DNA of 55,948 nt, taken from positions 6,126,205 to 6,182,152 of the forward strand of contig NC_068989.1 of the NCBI RefSeq assembly GCF_001194135.2. The letters are read 5' to 3'. Made by a program: the position numbers and the translations under genes. A model generated the notes under the pieces. That model ran no database searches. It worked only from the letters and a program-made list of their open reading frames with translations, and was not told where the DNA came from. Shown in pieces: positions 39,230 through 50,983 of this stretch. Numbering within the stretch: position 1 is the stretch's first letter; each line of letters begins with the position of its first letter. The DNA comes from Octopus bimaculoides (lineage: Eukaryota).

Positions 39230-39709
39230 GTACTACTCCAATTTTTTATAGGTGTCCAAAAACAGTTCTGCGAGATGTTTGGAGTTCTGAGGAAAGTTTT
39301 TGAATGTTTGTTCTTGGATTTTGTTCAACCAAGCATTTAATCCATCATGCCAAATAACTGATTTTGGCCTACCCATTGGTTTATTTTCAAGGCTATCATC
39401 TCCTGAACGAGATCTTTGGAACCAACTCTGAACTGTTCTGATATCAACAAAACCATTGCCAAAGGCCCGCTTGATATTCCATAGAGCTTCTACAACAGAG
39501 TGACCCAGTGTATTCTCATACAAGAAAATCACTCAACATAGTTTGGTTATCATTTTCATAAAGTCTGTGGGCACGAATTTTGTATATCAATATTGTTGGG
39601 AAAGAAAAAGAGTCAAGATTAAATGCAAGGTATACATAATTGAGTTTTTAAATGACTGAAATAACAAGTAATTAAAAATGTGACATTTCATGTGAAACAA
39701 CCAGCCTAA
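39230..39709 (-). mobile_element. Mariner (Mos1/SETMAR-like) 5' fragment with left TIR and HTH region
   Basis: IFLYENTLGHSVVEALWNIKRAFGNGFVDIRTVQSWFQRSRSGDDSLENKPMGRPKSV. A TIR-like ta|ttaggctggttgtttcacatgaaatgtcac lies at the 39709 end. Confidence 0.88.
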
Positions 39710-40042
39710 TATATATAATGAATAATTGTTACATATGTTTCAATAGTATAGTTATTTATTTGCTTATTAGTATATTACATAATAAAGCCACATAACCAGG
39801 CCATTTCATCAGACATCTTTACATAATCAACTGATATACCTATCTGTCAGAGTGGTGATAGATAAACATTGAATTGTTTTAAAAACCACACACACACACA
39901 CACACACGCGCGTGTATGTATGTAGTTTTTAAAAGAACTCATTGTTTATCACCCATCACTTTGGCAAGCATCTGTAATGAGAAAGCCGTCAGCAACCTCA
40001 GCTATAAAATAATAACATTGATGCATTCGATTTTTAACTTAC

Positions 40043-40187
40043 CTCAATTTTTCCTTCAACTGCATTTTCAGAGTTGAGTTGTACGAAACCATGTCGGAGT
40101 TCTCTTTGGACAAATATACTGTTCCAGTGGTCAAGCTGAACACGTCCAACACTGCGTATTGCAACCATACCTTTTCCACAGTCAAAG
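40043..40187 (-). CDS. EGFLAM: Internal exon, laminin-G domain (middle part) of a pikachurin/EGFLAM-like secreted protein
   Basis: On the minus strand, ctttttcttttag|C is followed by TTT GAC TGT GGA AAA GGT..., translating to FDCGKGMVAIRSVGRVQLDHWNSIFVQRELRHGFVQLNSENAVEGKIE and ending GAG|gtaagt. It is 145 nt (phase 2 to 0) with no stops. FDCGxG...W...R....G.LQ is the LG signature. The symbol means EGFLAM-like; EYS, agrin or SP2353-type paralogues are not excluded. Confidence 0.9.
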
Positions 40188-40364
40188 CTAAAAGAAAAAG
40201 AAAGACAGGTTTAATTTCACATCAACCACTTATCAATGTGTAATTTCACCAAATTAAAAGCGATGCATATTGTGTGCATATATGTGCATTATTAGAATTT
40301 CTTGTATGCGATACAATGGATGTACGACTAAAAGCACAAAAGTATTGTCTTTCTTAACCTGTTG

Positions 40365-40600
40365 AAGTCATTGGGCTGTGGCCATGATGGGGCATCACCT
40401 TGAAGGGGTTTTGATAGCGATAATTGATCCCAGCTCTTATTTGCACTTTTTAAAGTGTGGTACTTATTCTATCAGTCACTTTTGCTGAACCACTAAGTTA
40501 CAGGGATGGACACGAACCAACACTGGTTATCAAGTGGTGGGGCGCAAACACAATGACACAAAAATATATACATACATGTATATGTGTGTGTGCATGTGTA

Positions 40601-40635
<35 letters not shown>

Positions 40636-40825
40636 ATATATCTATATATATATATATATATATACATATTGGGCTTCTGTACAGTTTCCATCAACCAAAT
40701 TTGCTTGCAAGTCATTGGTTGGCCTAGGGCTATAGCAGAAGACTCTTGCCCAAGGTGCTGCACAGTGGGACTGAACCTGAAATCACATGGTTATGAAGCA
40801 AGCTTCAACTTCATAGCCATGCCTG
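40365..40825 (-). mobile_element. SINE family A, diverged full length
   Basis: cattgggctgtggccatgatgggg...gtacttattctatc...gcagaagactcttgcccaaggtg...gggactgaacc. Confidence 0.8.
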
Positions 40826-40982
40826 TCATCTCTTTGATTTGGAAATTGTCCATGATCTTCAATTGTGGTGACTAGACAGGCTACCCTTGTTGATGTCCAG
40901 AATTTCTCCCAGGCCATCAGCACTCATACCCTCCACAGATCTCTGTACATCACAGAAGGTTTCAGAGAATGATATATACATA

Positions 40983-41397
40983 GGCGCAGGAGTGGCTGTG
41001 TGGTAAGTAGCTTGTTTACCAACCACATGGTTCCGGGTTCAGTCCCACTGCGTGACACCTTGGGCAAGTGTCTTCTACTATAGCCTCGGGCCGACCAAAG
41101 ACTTGTGAGTGGATTTGGTAGACGGAAACTGAAAGAAGTCCGTCATATATATGTATATATATATGTATGTGTGTGTATGTGTTTGTGTGTCTGTGTTTGT
41201 TCCCCCAACATTGCTTGACAACCGATGCTGGTGTGTTTACATCCCCGTAACTTAGCGGTTTGGCAAAAGAGACCGATAGAATAAGTACTAGGCTTCCAAC
41301 GAATAAGTCCTGGGGTCGATTTACTCGACTAAAAGGCGGTGCTCCAGCATGGCCACACTCAAATGACTGAAACAAGTAAAAGAGTAAAAGAGTAAAG
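40983..41397 (+). mobile_element. SINE family A, best-preserved copy
   Basis: ggcgcaggagtggctgtgtggtaagtagc (A box) gggttcagtccc (B box), an internal TA/TG array, and the tail gactgaaacaagtaaaagagtaaaagag. Confidence 0.92.
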
Positions 41398-41859
41398 AGT
41401 ATATATTATCATTATTGTTATTATTCTATGTCTTATTGTTCTTGCTTGCTTTCACTTCCCTACAAAGGCCTGTCCTGTGCATCTTAATTATTCACAGTCT
41501 TCCATATAGTTTCACTGTCATCCTTTCGGGCTCAATATAATAAGTACCAGTTTGGCACTGGGGGTCAATGTAATCAGCTCACCCCACCTCCCTGGAAACT
41601 GTTGGTCATGTGACTGAATTTGAAACCGATATTTTGTGACAGTCAAACTGCACTTATTGACTGTAGTTCTCTACAGATTTGGGCTATATTCTCAGGAATC
41701 TTTCATAGCATATTTCTATGATCCTCTTAATGATCTTAAATTCTCCAATTCTTGAAGAATTTTTCAAAAAATCATTGAGAAGATCAAAGAAATTTGTAAT
41801 GTAAAGTTCGAGAATATAATTAAAAACCAAACTGAACTCCAACTGGTGAGTGTGTTTAT

Positions 41860-42060
41860 AGGCAATATGACTCTGCTAAAATGGAAGCATTATCCAAAGA
41901 TAAATATCGGAAAAAAGAAAAAATATGGAACACAGAATAAAGAAACAATCCTTATAATGGTCGGTGCCTAAGGAATCATTAAACGAATGCAGATAAATAC
42001 ATAAAGTCTGAGAATTTATACATAGATGCAGCATACTGAAAATAGAACAACTATCTGCTG
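41860..42060 (+). mobile_element. R4/Dong-like C-terminal remnant
   Basis: LSKDKY...IWN...ETILIMVGA*GIIK resembles the KY.DL..E..RMW...T.PIIVGALG tail of RLE LINEs. Confidence 0.5.
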
Positions 42061-42242
42061 CATAAATATTACAAGTAATGCACAAATATTGCAGTTGTTG
42101 TACATAAATAATTACAAATATGGCGATATCATAAAGTGTATTTTCATTAAAATACAATGTATGCGAATAATTAAGATGCACAGGACAGGCCTTTGGAGGG
42201 AAGTGAAAGCAGGCAAGGAAAATTAGATATAGAATAATAACA

Positions 42243-42330
42243 ATCATCATCATCATCATTATCATCGTTTAATGTCTGCTTTCCATGCTAGCATGGAAAG
42301 CGGACGTTAAACGATGATGATGATGATGAT
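42243..42330. repeat. ~88-bp palindrome made of two family D tails fused at ccatgct|agcatgg
   Basis: (cat)n cgtttaatgtctgctttccatgct|agcatggaaagcggacgttaaacg (atg)n. Confidence 0.85.
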
Positions 42331-42843
42331 CGTGGTTCTGATGATGATTCTAANNNNNNNNNNNNNNNNNNNNNNNNNNNNNNNNNNNNNNNNNNNNNNN
42401 NNNNNNNNNNNNNNNNNNNNNNNNNNNNNNNNNNNNNNNNNNNNNNNNNNNNNNNNNNNNNNNNNNNNNNNNNNNNNNNNNNNNNNNNNNNNNNNNNNNN
42501 NNNNNNNNNNNNNNNNNNNNNNNNNNNNNNNNNNNNNNNNNNNNNNNNNNNNNNNNNNNNNNNNNNNNNNNNNNNNNNNNNNNNNNNNNNNNNNNNNNNN
42601 NNNNNNNNNNNNNNNNNNNNNNNNNNNNNNNNNNNNNNNNNNNNNNNNNNNNNNNNNNNNNNNNNNNNNNNNNNNNNNNNNNNNNNNNNNNNNNNNNNNN
42701 NNNNNNNNNNNNNNNNNNNNNNNNNNNNNNNNNNNNNNNNNNNNNNNNNNNNNNNNNNNNNNNNNNNNNNNNNNNNNNNNNNNNNNNNNNNNNNNNNNNN
42801 NNNNNNNNNNNNNNNNNNNNNNNNNNNNNNNNNNNNNNNNNNN

Positions 42844-42883
<40 letters not shown>

Positions 42884-43008
42884 TACAAATCTATATACAT
42901 GCATATATACATGGACACATTATATACATATTCATACATGCACACATATATATGTAGAGTAGAATAATAAAAAGAAATCTCTTGGTACTATATACACACA
43001 CATCAGAT

Positions 43009-43039
<31 letters not shown>

Positions 43040-43540
43040 CACACACATGCATGCACACACATACACATATGTTTATAATAGTTAAAATTTTTATCACTTC
43101 TAAATTTTGAATTGTCATATTTCTTTTCTTAAATATTTTGCTTTCAAATAAATGTGTCTGTGTATGTGTGTGTGTGTGTGTATGTATATATATATATATA
43201 TATATATATTCATACATACTCACACACATATATATATATACATATATATATATATATTACATATACATATATGTATACATAAATATATTATATATATACA
43301 TATAGATAGATATATATAAATGTGTACATACATATATATACACATATATACACTCACACACATGTATATATATTGTTTTTGCTGTTGTTTTCTTTTGATA
43401 ATATATGTCTTTAGGATCAAAGTTGAAGGGGAAAATATCTTTTTGTAAAAGAAATAATATTTGCTTAGTGCCATTATGGAGAGAAAGAGTTAATGGAATT
43501 TTTTAGCAAAGGAAACAGAAACACACATATATTTATTGTG

Positions 43541-43685
43541 AAGATATTAAAGGCCGAACCAAATAGAATGGAATTCCACAAAAAGGAGATGATTGAAAAT
43601 TGTTTATTGATTCTTCAAATTGATGCGAAAAAATCAGAGAAATTTGTATAATGGACCATATGCACTTCCTCTCTCTCTGTCTGCT

Positions 43686-43737
<52 letters not shown>

Positions 43738-44088
43738 TGCATACATATCGTGCTGGTGGCATGTAAAAAGCATCATTTGAGTGTGGCCAATGCCAGTGCC
43801 GCCTGACTGGCGCCCATGCTGATACCATGTAAAAAGCACCCACCACACTCCTGGAGTGGTTGGCGTTAGGAAGAGCATCCAGCTGTATGAACTCTGCCAA
43901 ATCAGATTAGGGCCAGGTGTGGCCTGCCGGCTTNNNNNNNNNNAAGATATTAAAGGCCGAACCAAATAGAATGGAATTCCACAAAAAGGAGATGATTGAA
44001 AATTGTTTATTGATTCTTCAAATTGATGCGAAAAAATCAGAGAAATTTGTATAATGGACCATATGCACTTCCTCTCTCTCTGTCTGCT

Positions 44089-44128
<40 letters not shown>
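43541..44128. repeat. 185-bp duplication (43541-43725 = 43944-44128) around a family D fragment (43748-43933) and a 10-N gap
   Basis: Direct identity at offset 403; the two copies have different continuations. Confidence 0.8.
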
Positions 44129-44400
44129 GGTTAGAATTCACAAAAAAAAAAAAGCAAAAGACGAAGACAGGTGGTGTAGAAAATAAACAGATGTATTAGT
44201 TTAACGCTCGGAAAGTGAAGAAGTCTTTAATGTTTCAAGCCTATGCTCTTCCACAGAAAGGAACAGAGAAAGAAACAAGGAGAGAAAATAAAGATTGTGT
44301 AGTGGCTAGCGCTCTATCATGGTGAATGCTGGACAGAGGGGTCACACAGGAGAGCTAGAAAGAAGGGAAGATAATAAAATAGTGGTGATCCGAAAAAGGT
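44128..44400 (-). mobile_element. Penelope-like element end, copy 3, with the most complete hammerhead-like motif (44225-44260)
   Basis: The minus strand reads CTTT CTGTGGA A GAGC ATAG GCTT GAAAC ATT AAAG. Confidence 0.6.
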
Positions 44401-44639
44401 GTGTGTGCGTGTGTATAAGAGAGTGTGTGTGTGGAAGAGGGCTGGTGACCTTGACGTGTGTGTGCGTGTATGTGTAGGTGTGTGGATGATGGTGTGGGGC
44501 TGGGAAGTGGTCAGTGCTAGTGTGTGTGTGTGGTGGTGTGATGTTATGTGGTATGGTAGTGTATGGTGTAGTGGTGTGTTGTGTGGTGTGATGGTGTTTG
44601 GAGGTGGGGAGGCGTGTGTGTGTGTGTGTGTATATATGT

Positions 44640-44850
44640 TTTTGTGTCTGTGTTTGTCTCCCCAACATTGTTTGACAACCAATGCTGGTGTGTTTACATC
44701 CCCATAACTTAGCAGTTCAGCAAAAGAGGCCGATAAAATAAGTACTGGGCCAACAAAGAATAAGTCCTGGAGTCGATTTGCTCAACTAAAAGGTGGTGCT
44801 CCAGCATGGCTGCAGTCAGAAGACCAAAACAAGTGAAAGAATAAAAGAAT
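44640..44850 (+). mobile_element. SINE family A 3' half
   Basis: ttgacaaccaatgctggtgtgtttacatcccc...ggtgctccagcatggctgcagtc. Confidence 0.85.
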
Positions 44851-45364
44851 ATATATATATCATATATATGTATAGGTAGGTTTGTAGGTATGTGTAAGAT
44901 TTTCTCTGTAATTGTCCAAACAAATGAAGACATGAAATTCCTGTTAAAAATGGTAAATTATCATCAGTACAATTTGTTGGTTTATGATAATTGCACACCA
45001 TTATATGGACACCATGGCACTTAGACAAAATTTCCAGGTTACTTCTGCTCTATGCGAGACAGTAGGCCTAACATGGAATAGTTTAGACAATGACAAAAAT
45101 AGAATAAAATAAAAATAAAATAAAATGAAATAGAATGAAAATGTGTTCATAGAAATGAGTTTTAGTAGAATTTATAAATGCCAGAATTAAGAATGTGATT
45201 GTAATTGATCTTGCAGATCAATTCCATATATTCCATGTAAAATTAAGATTTATAAACACGAAGGCTCTTAGTAGGATGTTCTGAGACTTTTCTCTGAGAT
45301 TTATTAGTGAAAGATATGTAAAATTAAGATCTGGAATTTTATTGGATGACATGTATTAGTGTAG

Positions 45365-46080
45365 ACGTGGCTGTGGGGTTAAGAATCTTGTGTTGAGACT
45401 GCTTGACCTAGGGTTCGGTTTCATTACAAGGTACCTTGGACAAGTGTCTTCTACTATGTCTTTGGGTTAATCAATGTCTTGTGAGTAAATTTGGTAGATG
45501 AAAACTGTGCAGAAGCCTGTTGGATATGTGTGTGTCCTTGTGTTTTTCCCCACCCCAGTACTTGGAAACTGGTGTCGGTTCTTTTATGTCCCAGTGACTT
45601 AGCAGTTTGAAAAAAGATATTGAGGAATAAGTACGAGTACCAAACTCGGAATTATGCATCGGTCACGGTCCGGTGATTGAAACAAAGGAAAAACAAAAAA
45701 AATATACATGCCAGTGGCATGTAAAAAGACAACCACTACAGTGTCGCCTTACTGGCACCTATGCCGGTGGCATGTGAACAACAACATTCAAGCGTGGTTG
45801 TTGCCAGTGCTGCCAGACTGGTTTTTGTGCAGGTGGCACATAAAAAACACCATTTCAGTGTGGTCGTTGCCAGTGCTGTCTGACTGGCCCTCATGCCAAT
45901 GGCACATAAAAGCACCCACTACACTCTCGGAGTGGTTGGCATTAGGAAGGGCATCCAGCCATATAAACCTTGCCAAATCAGATTGGGACCTGGCGTAGCA
46001 CTCTGGCTTACCAAGTTTTCAGTCAAACCGTCCAACCCATGCCAGCACGGAAAGCGGACGTTGATGATGATGATGATGAA
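45365..46080 (+). mobile_element. Diverged SINE A (45365-45690) followed by family D with subrepeats (45705-46080)
   Basis: ccttggacaagtgtcttctactat; tgccagtggca..aaaa subrepeats; ccaacccatgccagcacggaaagcggacgtt(gat)n. Confidence 0.8.
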
Positions 46081-46855
46081 TAGAAAAGAAAACTAAAGGA
46101 AAAAGATAGGTGGAAAATGGCAAGTTTTCGATAATTTTGTGTTTGAGTTAGAAATAAGAATCCTGGCAAGTGTTGGAATTTATTATTTGAAAGTTTGTTG
46201 AAAATATAAATTCTGGTGAAAACATGATTGATTGATTTTGATTTGGATGAGAACGAAACAAGACTTTCAACATCTTTGTCTTGACTATTTTCCAGAAAAC
46301 TGAGACGTCTGTAATAGAGAGCAAAGCAAATGGTTTCACTCATATATCACACAAACCGAAGAACTATTTCAAGATTGCTGCTGTATTAATTAGTATGATG
46401 GTTTATTAGACTTGGTGTTAGGAAATAAGATTCTATTTAAAATATGGATGAGTGCAGGTTATAGAGCTCTGAATAAACAGGCCTAAGATCAGAGACATTC
46501 CATCTGTGATCATCCAGTCTTTTCTTTTACTTAGATTACATTAGTCAGTATGTCCTTCTGCTTTTAAAACAGAAAGGGTGTGTCTTGAAAGAGATTTAGC
46601 TGATGTTTCTAAGAAATCAGGAAACCATATCATATCTTTTTTTTTCTCTTTGCTGATGAGGAACATGGCAAGCATTCATTAAAGAATGGCTGATTAGAAG
46701 ACATTTATAAAGTAAAGCAATAATATTTATTCAATGAATTTGACAAAGGATCAGACAATAATTCTTATAGTCAAAGAAATCATGGACAGGCTGAAGATTA
46801 TGCTGAGCAAAGAGAATTGGGAAAGAAACTCTCTCACCTCCAAACACATATGTTT

Positions 46856-46905
<50 letters not shown>

Positions 46906-47294
46906 ACACACACACACATATTTGTCTCTCTTTCTCTCTCCCACACACACAATTTCACACACGTACACATATACGCATGTACATATTCACACATACAACA
47001 CAAATATCAAATAAGATTTCCTTTGAGAAAATTTCCTCTTTGAGACACGAGTCTAATTTTGTGCTGGATGATATATTTGGAGAGGAATCGCAGAAGGCCA
47101 TATTGATAGAATATTGGAGAACTATCAAATGTGAATGGTTTGTTTCCTGCCAATCGTACTACAAAGATGTATCAGTAAATACTAATGCATTTAGCTGACT
47201 AATTCCAGTCAACCTTGCTATATCAGAAGAAAAAGAGGAATTCCATACGATATGCAGCAGCATCATTGGAACATTGGCTGATTATTATGGTCAT

Positions 47295-47702
47295 AGTGGC
47301 TGTGTGGTAAGTAGCTTGCTTACCAACCACATGGTTCTGGGTTCAGTCCCACAGCATGGCATCTTGGGCAAGTGTCTTCTATTATAACCTTGGGCCAACC
47401 AATATATATAGGTGCAAGAGTGGCTGTGTGGTAAGTAGCATGCTTACCAACCACATGGTTCTGGGTTCAGTCCCATGGCATGGCATCTTGGGCAAGTGTC
47501 TTCTATTATAACCTCGGGCCAACCAATATATATAGGTGCAAGAGTGGCTGTGTGGTAAGTAGCATACTTACTAACCACAGGGTTCTGGGTTCAGTCCCAC
47601 TGCGCGGCACCTTGGGCAAGGGACTTCTACTATTACCTCGGACTGACTAAAGCCTTGTGAGTGGATTTGTTAGACGGAAACTGAAAGAAGTCCATCATAT
47701 GC

Positions 47703-47736
<34 letters not shown>

Positions 47737-47945
47737 ATGTTTGGGTGTCTGTGTTTGTCCCCCACCATTGCATGACAACCAATGTTGGTGTGTTTATGTC
47801 CCCATAACTTGGAGATTCGGCAAAAGAGGCTGATAGAATAAGTACTAGGCTTACAAAGAATAAGTCTTTGGGTCGATTTGCTCAACTAAAGGTCGTGCTC
47901 CAGCGTGGTCACAGTCAAATGACTGAAACAACTGAAAGAATATAA
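47295..47945 (+). mobile_element. SINE family A with a triplicated 124-bp head
   Basis: agtggctgtgtggtaagtagc occurs at 47295, 47419 and 47543; the third copy continues to a full tail. Confidence 0.9.
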
Positions 47946-49183
47946 AATATTGGTTTACAGCATTGTATTAAACTCTTGTAGGAATTACAGTAAGAATTAT
48001 GGTGTCCCACTTGCTTCAAACATACATAAATGTCCCACAACAGCAGTCATGATCTTTTTGACTCTCCTGTGTGAGAAGCAAGGAATCATTTTTGATTTTC
48101 TGCAATATTTGAAGATGGCATCAGCTGTTTGTTATTGAGATTTTAAACAAAGGAAATGATACAGAATCCCTCTGGGGATTTTACGGCCTCATAAAAACGG
48201 TACAGGAAAACAAGGCTTAGCTCTATATACAGAAGCACCGAGCAAATATAAGATGAATCAGTGCACAGGCAGTTTGTCGATATATCATGCATAATATTCC
48301 ACAGAAGGCACCACCGAGTGTCTTATTCTCAACAAGGTGAACTTAGGCAGCAATACGTGACATTAAATGATTTGCCGAGTGACAGAATGAAATACTGACA
48401 GTGGAATATTAGCAATTATCTGCGTAGATTATTCTGTCAACCACTTTCCTTGGTGATATAGAAGAAAAAGGTGTAAAAATACATGAAAAAGTGGAAAGGA
48501 AATAAGAAAAAAAATAAAGAAAAGCAAACGAAAATGGAAACAGCAAATGAAATAACGTGTATGAGACTGTCGACAATCGTACACGTTTTTGATAATCCAC
48601 AACTGGAAACAACAATGGATGGTACTTTAGTTTTAGTCATCAGCAAATTGTGCAGCTCAAACACAGAGTAGACCGAATACATAAAAGAATTCTTTTTTAG
48701 TGGTTGTTGTTGCAGTGGGGTTTGGTGATGTGGCACGGGGGAGATTTAGTAATGAAGGAAGAAAGCTTCATTGTCGGTTGTTTCCAGGTTAAAGAGTTTA
48801 CTCTGGAAGACAGAAACGCTTCTGATGGGATCGAAGAAAAAATTTTTCAATTTGGAAACAATTCGAAACGAAAGGAAAATGATTAAAAACAAATAAAAGA
48901 AAATAAATGGAATAGAACAAAATTAAATAGATAAAAAGAAATAATAAAAAGAACAGGGAAATAGAATCAGAGGAAAAAGCAATAATGCATGGAAAACCCC
49001 AAGGACCAGCTGTCACTTGCTAAATTTGTTACCGGGCAACCTCTTGTAATGGGAGGTTTCAAAAGGCCAGCACAAGGATAAAAATATTCATCGGTCAAAG
49101 TGATGAGGAGCAAATGAAAGAATATCAAGAATATGAAAATAGAAGAATGAATTCATATGAAAATAAATATATATATATGTATG

Positions 49184-49230
<47 letters not shown>

Positions 49231-49470
49231 GTGTATATGTATGCATGTATGTATATATGTATATATATATATATGTGTGTGTATATATATATATATGTAT
49301 ACATGTATGTATATATGTATATATATATTGTGTGTGTGTATATATATATGTGGGTGTTTGTATGTACATATGTGTATATGTGTGTGTGTATATATGTATA
49401 CATGTATGTATATATGTCTGTGTGTACATATATATATAAGTGTATGCATGTATGTATATATATATATGTG

Positions 49471-49518
<48 letters not shown>

Positions 49519-49669
49519 CAAAAACACACATATATGTACATATATGCACATGTATATATACATATATATACACATATATATGTTGTATATACTATATATG
49601 AATACATATATATATATGCCTATATACATGTATATATATGAATATATATATGTATATCCTCATCATTGT

Positions 49670-49890
49670 CATTATCACCATCATCACCATCATCATTTAA
49701 TGTCTGTTTTCCATTATGTCTTGGGTTGGATGGTTTGACAGGAACCAGAAAGCCAGAGAACTGCACTAGGTTCCAGTTGTCTGCTTTGGTAGGTTTTCCA
49801 ATGCTGGATGCTGCCTTTCCTAATGTTAACCACTTTACGGAGCATTCCGGGTGCTTTTATCAGAGCACCAACAGCAATAAGATCTCCAGG
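49670..49890 (-). mobile_element. Diverged family D
   Basis: catcat..ttaatgtctgttttccat...gggttggatggtttgacagg...ctggatgctgcctttcctaatg. Confidence 0.7.
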
Positions 49891-50089
49891 TAACCAGCAG
49901 GACAAGACCCCCTCAAATGGTGGGGGGAGGGGGAAATAATACCGAGGGAGAAAAGAATGGTGTCTTGTGGTGTAAGAGAAACGGAGCTACCACAGATGGA
50001 GAAGAGAGTGAGAGGGGAGAAAAACGGTTAAGATATGATTGGGCGAAGTCAGGATGCAAACACCCAAGTTACAGGGAAGTATATATAAG

Positions 50090-50196
50090 TGCAGGAGTGG
50101 CTGTGGGATAAGTAGCTTGCTTACGAACCACATGGTTCTGGGTTCATTCCCACTGCATGGCACCTTGGGCAAGTGTCTTCTACTATAGTCTCGGGN
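50090..50196 (+). mobile_element. SINE A head running into the gap
   Basis: gtgcaggagtggctgtggg...gggttcattccc...cttgggcaagtgtcttctactatag. Confidence 0.85.
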
Positions 50197-50922
50197 NNNN
50201 NNNNNNNNNNNNNNNNNNNNNNNNNNNNNNNNNNNNNNNNNNNNNNNNNNNNNNNNNNNNNNNNNNNNNNNNNNNNNNNNNNNNNNNNNNNNNNNNNNNN
50301 NNNNNNNNNNNNNNNNNNNNNNNNNNNNNNNNNNNNNNNNNNNNNNNNNNNNNNNNNNNNNNNNNNNNNNNNNNNNNNNNNNNNNNNNNNNNNNNNNNNN
50401 NNNNNNNNNNNNNNNNNNNNNNNNNNNNNNNNNNNNNNNNNNNNNNNNNNNNNNNNNNNNNNNNNNNNNNNNNNNNNNNNNNNNNNNNNNNNNNNNNNNN
50501 NNNNNNNNNNNNNNNNNNNNNNNNNNNNNNNNNNNNNNNNNNNNNNNNNNNNNNNNNNNNNNNNNNNNNNNNNNNNNNNNNNNNNNNNNNNNNNNNNNNN
50601 NNNNNNNNNNNNNNNNNNNNNNNNNNNNNNNNNNNNNNNNNNNNNNNNNNNNNNNNNNNNNNNNNNNNNNNNNNNNNNNNNNNNNNNNNNNNNNNNNNNN
50701 NNNNNNNNNNNNNNNNNNNNNNNNNNNNNNNNNNNNNNNNNNNNNNNNNNNNNNNNNNNNNNNNNNNNNNNNNNNNNNNNNNNNNNNNNNNNNNNNNNNN
50801 NNNNNNNNNNNNNNNNNNNNNNNNNNNNNNNNNNNNNNNNNNNNNNNNNNNNNNNNNNNNNNNNNNNNNNNNNNNNNNNNNNNNNNNNNNNNNNNNNNNN
50901 NNNNNNNNNNNNNNNNNNNNNN

Positions 50923-50983
<61 letters not shown>

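Larger units (their letters stand above)
33324..40042 (-). other. GT-AG intron (6719 bp) between the two LG exons
   Basis: The donor gtaagt at 40042 and the acceptor tttcag at 33324 have compatible phase 0. Confidence 0.85.

Noticed and set aside
40983-41060. tRNA genes at SINE heads
   Set aside because: A/B boxes are present but run into SINE bodies without a full cloverleaf.
46981-47200. Plus-strand ORF tail ISFEKISSLRHESNFVLDDIFGEESQKAILIEYWRTIKCEWF
   Set aside because: No recognisable family, and the ORF depends on a (CA)n array.
48787-48886. Plus-strand terminal-exon-like VKEFTLEDRNASDGIEEK
   Set aside because: It is short and isolated, with no partner exons or homology I can recognise.
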